Assembly: GCA_964636085.1 (NCBI GenBank)
Contig: CAZWPQ010000022.1
Coordinates: 11,323 to 34,357, forward strand
From: an uncultured Nitrososphaerota archaeon
Lineage (GTDB): Archaea > Asgardarchaeota > Njordarchaeia > Njordarchaeales > Panguiarchaeaceae
Direction of reading: 5' to 3'
Length of the DNA: 23,035 nt
Shown here: positions 1-8,289 of the stretch, piece by piece
Layout of the letters: each line of letters opens with the position of its first letter
Position numbering within the stretch: the first letter of the stretch is position 1
The notes under the pieces: generated by a model
The model's database searches: none
Told to the model about the DNA's origin: nothing
The model's input: only the letters and a program-made list of their open reading frames with translations
Made by a program: the position numbers and the translations under genes

Positions 1-202
1 CTGATGGTGATGGTTTGTCTAATCTTGGTGAGTATTGGAATGGTACTGATCCTCTTGATGGCGATAGTGATGATGACTGTATGCCTGATGGTTGGGAGGT
101 CGATAATGGGCTTGATCCTTTGAATGATAGTGATGCCTGTCTTGATGCTGATGGTGATGGTTTGTCTAATCTTGGTGAGTATTGGAATGGTACTGATCCT
201 CT
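1..202 (+). repeat. Exact 55-bp direct repeat (1-55 = 148-202) within the TSP3 repeats
   Basis: ctgatggtgatggtttgtctaatcttggtgagtattggaatggtactgatcctct occurs at 1-55 and 148-202 and diverges at the next base. Confidence 0.95.
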
Positions 203-407
203 CAATAGTGATACTGATGGCGATGGTTTTGAGGACGGGCTAGAGGTGAGTGAAGGTACAGATCCTCTTGATCCGAATGATTATCCAGTTATGACGTCTT
301 CCACTACAAAGGAGAATATTGGATTTGTTCTAGCTGGGTTTGTAGCCATAGTTTGCGTGATTTTACTGTCTATGATATTGTTGTTGAGAAGAAGGCTGTC
401 TAAGTAG
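3..407 (+). CDS. C-terminal fragment of a membrane-anchored surface protein with bacterial/archaeal TSP3-like (DxDxDG Ca-binding) repeats; 5'-truncated by the contig edge
   Basis: Frame is open from base 3 (DGDGLSNLGEYWNGTDPL...). Repeats DSDDDCMPDGWE, DADGDGLSNLGE and DTDGDGFEDGLE are each followed by G(T/L)DPL. Ends in a hydrophobic TM helix (GFVLAGFVAIVCVILLSMILLL) plus RRRLSK. Confidence 0.85.
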   Translation, partial: DGDGLSNLGEYWNGTDPLDGDSDDDCMPDGWEVDNGLDPLNDSDACLDADGDGLSNLGEYWNGTDPLNSDTDGDGFEDGLEVSEGTDPLDPNDYPVMTSSTTKENIGFVLAGFVAIVCVILLSMILLLRRRLSK

Positions 408-433
408 CGCCATTATATGTCGCTAGAATCTAA

Positions 434-448
434 TCTTTTTCTTTTTCA
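434..448 (+). terminator. Oligo-T tract, probable archaeal terminator of the TSP3-repeat gene
   Basis: T-rich tract (tcttttttctttttc-like) about 27 nt after the stop at 407. Confidence 0.4.
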
Positions 449-806
449 TCATTTTACAAGTATCAAAGAATTACACATGAACATATTAATGGATTAGTAA
501 CTAAAGGGGGTTATGAATACAACCATGTATACTCTTAATCAAGGGGCTGGTTTTATCTAAACAAAACTTCTATAGTACTAATCTTGTCAAGAAATTCTGC
601 ATCTTCAAAATAATGATCCCTCATGGAATGTAAAATCTATTTTGCTAGAAAACCATTAGAATGCATATCTAAAGTCTAGAGAGGTGTAATAGAAGATTAT
701 CTTATGTACCTTTCGGCGCCCTAACCCTCCATATAATCGTCATACATGTTGTTTTTAGTTCCTTTTTAAAAGAAAATAATCCTATTCTTAATCTTCATCA
801 AGACAT

Positions 807-2660
807 GTGTCAAAAATGAATATCTGCAATCCAAAAATACTGGCCGCTACCACAGTGGCCTTGTTAGCCTTGGGTTTTGTGACTGGGTATTTGATTAGGT
901 ATCCCGAAGTTAGGGATCTTAATTCTTCACTGGAACAGACACAGCAACAAATAGAGTCCATTGAAAGTGTACCTTATGCCATGGAGATCTATGCTACCTC
1001 GCCGCATGTCGCTAATGGTACCGATTATTCACACGTCAGAATAAATCTATGGAACATATTCAATGAGAGTCTACCAAGGAAAAACATAACTCTCCTAATA
1101 TATGGGGGTGAGGATATAAAAATACCATTCGACGTTACGGATCTCGGTAATGGAACATACACAGCGGAGGTAAACTCGACACTAAGCGGAATATTCGAAT
1201 TGGTTGCAATCACGGAAGGAGGGGTCAGTGCACATACATATATAGAATTTCATCCCGGACCTGTCGTAACTGTTGAACCATTCGGGTTTGTTCACCCATT
1301 TGAGGAGAGGCCGGAGGCTCTGGCAACCATTAAATTTGTTGCTAGAGACGAATTTAACAATACGGTTGAGCCACCAGAATCAAACATAACGATTGTATCC
1401 GATAAGGGAGAATTGTTGAATGTGTCTGGAGATAGCTATGGGGTGTTTACCTCCTATATAATGCTGACTGACATAGGCAACTATACAATAACAGCCACCG
1501 ATGAGTTTAGCGGTGTAGAGGGAGAGATGAAATTCGAAATACCAAGAGTCTATATTTCTGTTCCAGATACGATTCACGTGAACTCTACAATGGAACTTGG
1601 CGTCATAGTATTTGTGCCATATAACGAGTCTCCACTAGGATACTTTGATTTCAACATAACCTTCAATGATAGTGGTATAGAACTATTGGGGTGGCATGAT
1701 AGGAACCCATATGACTCAATTCCAACACCAAATATAGGGCTTATTGGCATGAACTCTATAAGGATATTCCAAAACCTCTCGGAGATGTGTATAGAGGCCA
1801 TGGGTGTGATAGACATAGTAAATATATCATTCTTCGTTACAGATCCTGGAACATTACTATTCAGCGTAAAAGTGACTAATAATGATCCGAATAACTTCGT
1901 GGACAACAGTGGGAAACCATATAAGGCAACACCAATAAACAAAGAGAAGAGAACAAATGTATCTGCTAATGTTGTCAAACTAAAGATAAAAGTATGGAAA
2001 GTGGAGGGGCAAGTAACAGATAAAAAGGTAGATGACGATATCAAGAAACTTAAGGAGATACTAAAGCAATGCGAGCATCTATGTGGAACTAAGATAGAGA
2101 TAGAAGTAAAAGAAAATACTATATCAAAGAATGATTGGAAGAACATAGACAAGGATAATGATGGCTATCTGGACGAGTTTGAAAAAAGTGGAGAGCCAAC
2201 AGATGAAGAAAAAGCACTTCTCGACAATCACCTTGAGCCGGGGTATCTCAATGTATATTACATTAAGGAGTTTGATAAGGGGGACAACAAGGGCAGTAAG
2301 ACTACTGGAGAATTTCTAGAGTATCCTCAAAAGAACAAGAAGGGAGTGGTTGTAGATAGTGACGATTCGTCCAAGAATACGCTAGCGCACGAAATTGGAC
2401 ATTATCTTGGATTGGGCCACGTGAATGATAAGGATAACTTAATGTATCCCTATAAGCGTGAAACAAAACATAAGTTAACCAAGGAACAATGCCAAAAGAT
2501 GGTATCAAACATAAAGATGATTAGGATATATGTCGAGGAGAGCGGCATACTCAGCAACCAAGCTTCACAGATAGAAAATATGGATATTATTCAAAATATA
2601 GATGGAGCTCTATTCCAAACAATAATCCGTGGTCAGTTTGTAGCACTTATACACAGATAA
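807..2660 (+). CDS. Membrane-tethered/secreted modular zinc metalloprotease (N-terminal TM + coiled coil, invasin-like Ig domains, cohesin-like domain, C-terminal metzincin)
   Basis: N-terminal hydrophobic helix (ILAATTVALLALGFVTGYLI). Big_1/invasin-like segments (TDLGNGTYTAEVNS; GVFTSYIMLTDIGNYTITA). Cohesin-like segment (LGYFDFNITFNDSGIEL...IVNISFFVTDPG). HEIGHYLGLGH = HExxHxxGxxH at 2388-2420, followed by a Met-turn (NLMYPY). Start may be ATG 816. Confidence 0.8.
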   Translation: MSKMNICNPKILAATTVALLALGFVTGYLIRYPEVRDLNSSLEQTQQQIESIESVPYAMEIYATSPHVANGTDYSHVRINLWNIFNESLPRKNITLLIYGGEDIKIPFDVTDLGNGTYTAEVNSTLSGIFELVAITEGGVSAHTYIEFHPGPVVTVEPFGFVHPFEERPEALATIKFVARDEFNNTVEPPESNITIVSDKGELLNVSGDSYGVFTSYIMLTDIGNYTITATDEFSGVEGEMKFEIPRVYISVPDTIHVNSTMELGVIVFVPYNESPLGYFDFNITFNDSGIELLGWHDRNPYDSIPTPNIGLIGMNSIRIFQNLSEMCIEAMGVIDIVNISFFVTDPGTLLFSVKVTNNDPNNFVDNSGKPYKATPINKEKRTNVSANVVKLKIKVWKVEGQVTDKKVDDDIKKLKEILKQCEHLCGTKIEIEVKENTISKNDWKNIDKDNDGYLDEFEKSGEPTDEEKALLDNHLEPGYLNVYYIKEFDKGDNKGSKTTGEFLEYPQKNKKGVVVDSDDSSKNTLAHEIGHYLGLGHVNDKDNLMYPYKRETKHKLTKEQCQKMVSNIKMIRIYVEESGILSNQASQIENMDIIQNIDGALFQTIIRGQFVALIHR

Positions 2661-3608
2661 GACATATAATAAAAAGCCTAGTGGCACGAGGATTATGTAG
2701 GCGATTATCATAACGAGGGCTCCTAGGTGTATCCCCGATAGGTACTGAATTGCGAATAAAGCGGTTCCTATGGGTGGGATCAATAGTGGGCCGCTCACAA
2801 TAATCTTCTTTTTTGATGGCTCATTTTTTAGGATGTTATGAATAGCATCATATAACGTTTCTGTTTTCTCTGTGTGTACTCTATATGTGGTGATCTTCGC
2901 AGAATACTTCTTTAAGATGTATAGTGTGAACAGAACTAAGGGAGTCCAGATAACTAAAATATATACAAACACGAGCACTAGGCAGGCATATATAATTCCA
3001 AAGAGGGATATTAGGAAGTATTTTTCTGGTCTGCTTATCGAAAATTTATCAGGTATTGTTCTCAGGAATGTATAGTAACCAAGACTGATCAATACTGAGC
3101 ATATAGATATAAACATGAAAAATTCAGTAATCGTTGGGAGATATCCTAATTCTATTATCCAAAAGGTAGATAACAATCCCCAGAAAACCCCTACAGAGGC
3201 AAATAAGAGGCATAGTCTCTTTATATTTCCCGTTCTGATGACACCAAATACATTATAGAAACCTATAAGAATTGTTATGCCCGCATGCCATGCCAAAGCT
3301 GTCCAAGATATGGATAAAGGAATAGCCTCATACATTGTCTGTACAATAAATCCCTCTATGATCCATCCATAGATCGCACCAATGAGGAATACTCCCCATT
3401 TATCGTAGACTTGGGACCAGTATAGTAGGTAGAGAAAAACGTAGGATAATAATACATATACGAGATATGTGGCCAGATACTCTTCTATTGGTGTTCCATG
3501 TCTATAAAAACACCAGAACATCTCCTCAGAATAAACAAAAAACACTGCCCCAAGCGGTAGAGCTGAAACTATGCGGAGGACAGGGCTTATCAGGGACATT
3601 TGACCCAT
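2610..3608 (-). CDS. Multi-pass integral membrane protein of unknown function
   Basis: 332 aa with about 9-10 hydrophobic segments and polar intramembrane motifs SEEMFW, GAIYGWIIEG and SISWTALAWHA. A decayed paralogue at about 7065-7323 supports that this is a real gene. Overlaps the protease gene tail-to-tail by 51 bp. Confidence 0.8.
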   Translation of the reverse strand: MGQMSLISPVLRIVSALPLGAVFFVYSEEMFWCFYRHGTPIEEYLATYLVYVLLSYVFLYLLYWSQVYDKWGVFLIGAIYGWIIEGFIVQTMYEAIPLSISWTALAWHAGITILIGFYNVFGVIRTGNIKRLCLLFASVGVFWGLLSTFWIIELGYLPTITEFFMFISICSVLISLGYYTFLRTIPDKFSISRPEKYFLISLFGIIYACLVLVFVYILVIWTPLVLFTLYILKKYSAKITTYRVHTEKTETLYDAIHNILKNEPSKKKIIVSGPLLIPPIGTALFAIQYLSGIHLGALVMIIAYIILVPLGFLLYVLSVYKCYKLTTDYCLE

Positions 3609-3824
3609 CGACCTAGAAAAATTTTATTCAAGTATTAGTCTCTAATTTTATCGAAAACTCTACTGTGTTGAGGAACCCAACAATTTCCTTAATATGGGTA
3701 TGCATATCTTACCACACGGCCGTTATGCTAATCCCAAAACACGATTTGCATATTTTGTAAGATATATTGGCTCTATTCATTGGGTGAGTAAGAAAAACAA
3801 TGGCATAAGATACGGGTGTATAGT

Positions 3825-4250
3825 TTAAAATGTGAGATGACCACCACTGCTAATCTTTTTGGATATGTTAATCAATGTGAGTATTGACGTGATTACTCCA
3901 ATAGCAAACGCGAAAAGTGAAATAATTTGGTAAGGCCTTTCTGCATAATACTTCCATAACCAATAATGTGTGGTCTGAATAAGCACCACGTCTATACATA
4001 GGAAAAGCGCAATAACATCCCAAATTACTGACCTCATACCAAGGGACTCAATTATATATGTGAGGCCGCCCAAGATAAACATTATGGACCAAATAACATA
4101 TATGGTCTTATAAGTACTATAGGACCACTCATGAATATTATTGAGTGTGTGGGTAATCAAAGCGAAAAAGATTATGAATACACCTATGCATATTCTTGAA
4201 CTTGGTCCGGGCTCATAACCAAATGACATTTTAGCACACCGGCTATACAC
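3825..4250 (-). CDS. Small 4-TM membrane protein, hypothetical (probable start at ATG 4229, MSFGYEPG...)
   Basis: Four hydrophobic helices separated by short loops. Co-oriented downstream of the nucleotidyltransferase fusion. Confidence 0.65.
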   Translation of the reverse strand: MYSRCAKMSFGYEPGPSSRICIGVFIIFFALITHTLNNIHEWSYSTYKTIYVIWSIMFILGGLTYIIESLGMRSVIWDVIALFLCIDVVLIQTTHYWLWKYYAERPYQIISLFAFAIGVITSILTLINISKKISSGGHLTF

Positions 4251-4383
4251 TATTAATTTTGTATTTTAAACAAGAATGCTTATGACGCAATCATATTCAC
4301 TAAAAAAACATAAGAATGCTTGTATGTCTGGGAGAAGATTTCTGGAGCTGGAGCTAGCTTTTCAACTTCTCATGATTTTGGAG

Positions 4384-6003
4384 CTAGCTGATATCTTGTC
4401 TTTTTCTGCGTTCAAGAATTCGCTTTAGAACTCTTCTAAGTGTTGTTTCTGGAAAATTGAGTAGTTCTCTGAGTTCCTTTATTGTTCTTTTGCCGAGTAC
4501 GAAGTATGCATATTCGACCATGTGCTCTAGAGTTATGGTTACTAGTCTCCGTTTTGCCCTTATTTTTATTCCTAGGTCTTTTTCTATCTGTTCGACTATC
4601 CCCAGTATGCCAAGGCAGTAATGTTTGTCGAGTAGTTTTTCTTGCCGTAGCATCTCGTCTATTACGATGCGCCAATTTATCATGGTTTTTTTGAGTATTC
4701 TCTCAATATCCAGTATATCCCTTATTCTACCGGCGATCATTTTGATCAATACGAGATCCTCATTGCTCGGCATAAATACTGTTAGCTTCCCATAAATCCT
4801 TTTTTCGGCCCGATCAATCATACTATTAGTCAATACAAATTTTCTAGGTATTCCCCCCACATATAGATCTACTTTTGGTAGATTTTCATGCTCCATATGT
4901 ATTTCGCAGTGATCTCCCGAAACCTTTTTATATTCTAAGGATGCTAGGGCACGTACTAGGCGCTGCATGTCGTCATGACTTGGGGCTACGATATCTATAT
5001 CTTTTGTTCGGCCCTTAAGCCCTCTTATTACCATGACGGCGCCGCCAATAAGGTATATTGTAATTGGCTCATCTATTTTTTCGCCTAGGTCCTGGAGGAA
5101 ATCTTCACTGAATGTTCTTACTAGGAACTTTTTGATATTGATGTTGTATACTTTCGCTAGGTTTTCGAATTCTTCAAAGGGGAGCAGAGACATATTGGCT
5201 GGTTCGGCCCCGTGGATATATGCATCTATTTTTACGAGTCTGTCCAGCACTCCATATCTTACGGATTTTTCCTTAAGTTTTTCCATGTCGATGACATCAT
5301 AGTTTTTTGCTATAAATATGGCTACAAGTGTCATCTTATAAGGATCATCGGAAAGTATTATGGAGTGTATAATGATATCCTCTAAAGAAAGCTCCATTTT
5401 CGGTATGACGTAGAAATCATTTGGAAATTCGACTGAAACACCATATTTATCAAATACAGAAAATGCTGTTAGGCTACCATTAACCTCTATATTTCTTGGT
5501 GCCTCAACAAGCTTTATTAAGCCCCTAGCCCACCTGACGTTTAGTCTCTTATCTATGCTCCATAAATTCGACCGGATGGCTCTAAAGAATACATTAATTG
5601 TTGATTCACTAGTCAGCTCATAGAAACCGTTAAGTCTTCTTACAATACCCATCTCCAATAGTCTACCAAGTATGCGTCTTACTGTTTTCTCGGACAGGCC
5701 CGAGCCCATGACGATATCCGTCAATGTCTGAGGCTCGATAAGTAGGGTAAGTATTTTTACCGATTTCTTATCTAATAGAAACTCAATGTCATATTTATCC
5801 ATAATATTTCTCATAATGGATCCAAGGAAGGAGGATATGCGGAAATATTTTCCGTCAAAATCCACGATGCCTATCCTAACCAAGTAATCTAGAATTCTTT
5901 TAAGCGTGGATTTTGGAATGCTAGTATTTCTTGAAATATTTGCAAGCCACGCTACTGGGTTATCCAAGAGGTACCTAAGTATTCTCTCGATTCTCCCCTT
6001 CAA
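4384..6003 (-). CDS. Fusion of tandem winged-helix HTH regulator, AbiEi-like region, DUF6036/AbiEii(MenT)-type Pol-beta nucleotidyltransferase and C-terminal HTH
   Basis: wHTH1 (LANISRNTSIPKSTLKRILDYLVRIGIV) and wHTH2 (LTDIVMGSGLSEKTVRRILGRLLEMGIV). NTase motifs IYLIGGAVM-x-RTKDIDIV (GG at 5046-5041, DxD at 5001-4993), VDLY, and EDLVLIKMIAGRIRDILD (K...RxRDxxD). C-terminal HTH TIKELRELLNFPETTLRRVL. TTG start with GGTG about 8 nt upstream. Confidence 0.8.
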   Translation of the reverse strand: MKGRIERILRYLLDNPVAWLANISRNTSIPKSTLKRILDYLVRIGIVDFDGKYFRISSFLGSIMRNIMDKYDIEFLLDKKSVKILTLLIEPQTLTDIVMGSGLSEKTVRRILGRLLEMGIVRRLNGFYELTSESTINVFFRAIRSNLWSIDKRLNVRWARGLIKLVEAPRNIEVNGSLTAFSVFDKYGVSVEFPNDFYVIPKMELSLEDIIIHSIILSDDPYKMTLVAIFIAKNYDVIDMEKLKEKSVRYGVLDRLVKIDAYIHGAEPANMSLLPFEEFENLAKVYNINIKKFLVRTFSEDFLQDLGEKIDEPITIYLIGGAVMVIRGLKGRTKDIDIVAPSHDDMQRLVRALASLEYKKVSGDHCEIHMEHENLPKVDLYVGGIPRKFVLTNSMIDRAEKRIYGKLTVFMPSNEDLVLIKMIAGRIRDILDIERILKKTMINWRIVIDEMLRQEKLLDKHYCLGILGIVEQIEKDLGIKIRAKRRLVTITLEHMVEYAYFVLGKRTIKELRELLNFPETTLRRVLKRILERRKRQDIS

Positions 6004-6028
6004 CGGACTACACCATAATTTATCGTTA

Positions 6029-6071
6029 GAAAAAAATGGAACAATATTTAAAAAATTTGGCCATTTTTTTC
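6029..6071. promoter_or_regulatory. Palindromic putative operator (11-bp perfect arms) enclosing a TATA-like box for the HTH-NTase gene
   Basis: gaaaaaaatgg (6029-6039) and ccatttttttc (6061-6071) are exact reverse complements. The partly palindromic 21-bp centre reads TTTAAATA on the minus strand, about 42-50 nt upstream of the TTG at 6003. Confidence 0.6.
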
Positions 6072-6188
6072 CAAATGAATTGTTGCGGTGTTATCAAATG
6101 CCAAAAATCTAGAGAATATGCATAAGAAGTACATGAGTGATTAGGTGCCCCCAATTGCTAATAATGATTTTTTAATCAATACTAATAG

Positions 6189-7061
6189 GTGCTCAGCAAT
6201 ATGCATGAGGGAAAAATAATTCTCCAACACACTGGCGAGGTTATTGGCGTTGCCTATTCTCCCGATGGAAATTATGTTGCGAGTATCGCCATGGATAAAT
6301 ATCTTGTGATTTACAGCATGTCGGATGGAAAGATACGCTCCATTAGGATGAGTCCTCAAATATCCCCAACATGCATGTGTTGGTCTGCTTCTCCCAACTT
6401 TTTAGCTGTCGGTATGGAGGATCTCATAATCTATATATGGGACATCATGAGTGGCAAAATAATCAAAAAACTCTTAGGTCATTCATCACGTATCAATTGT
6501 CTATCATGGAGAAAATATCTCGCAAGCGGGGACGATGCCAGGAACATAATGATATGGGATCCCCAGAAGGAAGAATGTATCACAAGTCTTCATTCCACTG
6601 GTAGCATTCTCGATATTGATTGGAGTTGGGATGGGGAATATCTGGTAAGCGGGGGAAGCGACAAGAGAATTATGGTATGGAGGATGCTCCAAGAAAAACC
6701 CATCGTCACGCTGACTGGACACATGGATGCGGTGGTCTCGGTAGTGTTCAGCAGAGATGGAAAACTCATTGCTAGCTGTGGTGCTGATGGGATATTGAGG
6801 ATCTGGAGGTTTGGGATATGGAAACCCGTAAAATCAATCAGGTTAAACTCGGCACCAAACTCGATGGATTGGAGTCCAGATCAGAAAACAATCGCTATAG
6901 CTCAGGAAGATGGGAAATTAGTATTAATAAATGCGGATACGTGGAAGTTAAGAAGTATTTATGCTCATAGGGAAGGCCTAACAACGGTGGCATGGAGCCC
7001 AGATTCTAGAACAATTGTAAGTGGCGGGAAAGATGGAATAGTAAAACTATGGAGAATATAA
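6189..7061 (+). CDS. Stand-alone cytoplasmic 7-bladed WD40 beta-propeller protein
   Basis: Seven WD40 repeats are readable (e.g. GHSSRINCLSW..LASGDDARNIMIWD; GHMDAVVSVVFSRDGKLIASCGADGILRIW; AHREGLTTVAWSPDSRTIVSGGKDGIVKLW). No signal peptide or other domain. Start may be ATG 6201. Confidence 0.92.
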   Translation: MLSNMHEGKIILQHTGEVIGVAYSPDGNYVASIAMDKYLVIYSMSDGKIRSIRMSPQISPTCMCWSASPNFLAVGMEDLIIYIWDIMSGKIIKKLLGHSSRINCLSWRKYLASGDDARNIMIWDPQKEECITSLHSTGSILDIDWSWDGEYLVSGGSDKRIMVWRMLQEKPIVTLTGHMDAVVSVVFSRDGKLIASCGADGILRIWRFGIWKPVKSIRLNSAPNSMDWSPDQKTIAIAQEDGKLVLINADTWKLRSIYAHREGLTTVAWSPDSRTIVSGGKDGIVKLWRI

Positions 7062-7064
7062 TTG

Positions 7065-7323
7065 TCTAAGAGAAACATGAACATACAAAAATTATCATTT
7101 ACTACGAATCTTAGATCGGAATAATGGATAGAAATAAAGTAAATAACAATATAAAAGTTAGGTAATTAGATTCTCCTCTATTGGTGTTCTATGCCTATAA
7201 AAGCACTAAAACATCTCCTCAGAATGAATAAAAAACATGGCTCTAGGCGATGGGGCCAAGATCATATGACCAAGTAGATCTTTTTAAGTAGCACTTAATC
7301 CATCGACTTTGAATAAGGGACAT
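7065..7323 (-). pseudogene. Degenerate 5' fragment paralogous to the membrane protein at 2610-3608
   Basis: Minus-strand translation gives MSLI..., then FFIHSEEMF*CFYRHRTPIEENLIT*LLY and (after a frameshift) YPLFRSKIRSK*. The intact gene reads MSLI...FFVYSEEMFWCFYRHGTPIEEYLATYLVY...YLLYWSQVYDKW. Nonsense changes TGG>TAG and TAT>TAA plus frameshifts. The 3' boundary is approximate. Confidence 0.85.
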
Positions 7324-7366
7324 GTATAGCATATTTATTATGATCTCCTCGAATAGTTTATATTAC

Positions 7367-8188
7367 TTATTGCATATTCTCGTAACTGTGCAGATCCGAG
7401 CTCATTTTTTGCTTTTCTTGTGTTGGCAGAAATTTTTGTCTTATACTTCTCGGAAATGGATATACTCTTGTTTTTCTTGTCTGTATTTCCTCGGGTTTTA
7501 TCTCCCTTATTTTTCTAGCTGGAGAACCTACCCAGACTCCATTATCCAGTTCACTATTTTTCGGAACTATAGAATAAGCACCAAGTATGACATAGTCACC
7601 GATTTTTGATCCAGGCATTATTAACGCACCATAGCCTACTAGGCAATATTTGCCTATTCTTACGCGTCTAAACATAATCCTCCCAGGTTTATCGGCGATA
7701 TGTGTAAATATTTTGGCTCGATCCCCCACAACTGTATAATCGCCTACATCCAGAAAGTATGGCTCCGTAACATGTCCTTGGAAATAGACATTCCTTCCAA
7801 TTTTGCCACCAAAGAGTCTTATTACAAGTCCCCGTGTAATATGAGATACTCTCCCAACGATCATTGATATTTTATATAGACCCAAGGAAAGATACCATTT
7901 ATATACGTCTCTATTAAGCGGCGTCAAATCATATTCGCCCTCTTTAGGTCTTATTCTAAATATCCTGAATATCAACGCGGGTATAAATATAAATGTAGCC
8001 ATGTTCATGGATACTATCACAAGCATATAGTAAAACAGCTTAACTAGAAACACTGGTACATAATCGGTAATAGATAGGCTAACATACTTTATAGCATATA
8101 CTAGCGAGGGTATTAAACATAGAAACAATACGAAAAACGATATGACGCCAAGGGATATAAATGACAATATCTCTCTAATCAACATCAA
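7367..8188 (-). CDS. Membrane-associated hexapeptide-repeat (left-handed beta-helix) acyltransferase
   Basis: Two N-terminal TM helices, then FGGKIGRNVYF, VGDYTVVGDRAKIFTH, VRIGKYCLVGYGALIMPGSKIGDYVILGAYSIVPKN and WVGSPARKIR, the typical LbH/CysE-LacA-LpxA-NodL family pattern. Confidence 0.85.
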   Translation of the reverse strand: MMLIREILSFISLGVISFFVLFLCLIPSLVYAIKYVSLSITDYVPVFLVKLFYYMLVIVSMNMATFIFIPALIFRIFRIRPKEGEYDLTPLNRDVYKWYLSLGLYKISMIVGRVSHITRGLVIRLFGGKIGRNVYFQGHVTEPYFLDVGDYTVVGDRAKIFTHIADKPGRIMFRRVRIGKYCLVGYGALIMPGSKIGDYVILGAYSIVPKNSELDNGVWVGSPARKIREIKPEEIQTRKTRVYPFPRSIRQKFLPTQEKQKMSSDLHSYENMQ

Positions 8189-8262
8189 TCATCACGATAC
8201 AAGAAAATAAATACTAAATATAATGGGATAAAGTGGTTTTATGGATTTGATGTTATGAGTCT

Positions 8263-8289
8263 CACTTAATTTAAGTGCCATTAATTGGC
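8263..8289. promoter_or_regulatory. Two adjacent short palindromes, candidate TF-binding sites in the divergent intergenic region
   Basis: cacttaa-t-ttaagtg (8263-8277, perfect 7-1-7) immediately followed by the near-palindrome gccattaattggc (8277-8289). Confidence 0.35.

Noticed and set aside
1-290. CRISPR-like repeated DNA at the left end
   Set aside because: The repeats are in-frame protein-coding TSP3 units, not constant repeats with unique spacers.
513-560. 15-aa sORF MNTTMYTLNQGAGFI preceded by GGGGGT
   Set aside because: Too short to support from sequence alone and has no recognisable motif.
3693-3827. 44-codon + strand ORF (MGMHILPHGRYANP...) and a 9-bp inverted repeat atatcttac/gtaagatat (3704-3765)
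   Set aside because: No motif or convincing SD; a 9-bp AT-rich inverted repeat is within chance expectation.
4349-4389. 11-bp direct repeat tggagctagct 30 bp apart, giving two in-frame TAG stops (S*LQ) after the NTase gene; possible amber read-through
   Set aside because: The extension is short and featureless, there is no recognised read-through context, and no pyrrolysine genes are in view; likely a small local duplication.
7322-7609. 95-aa + strand ORF
   Set aside because: Antisense to the acyltransferase 3' end; hydrophobicity is explained by the T-rich complement of Lys/Arg/Glu codons.
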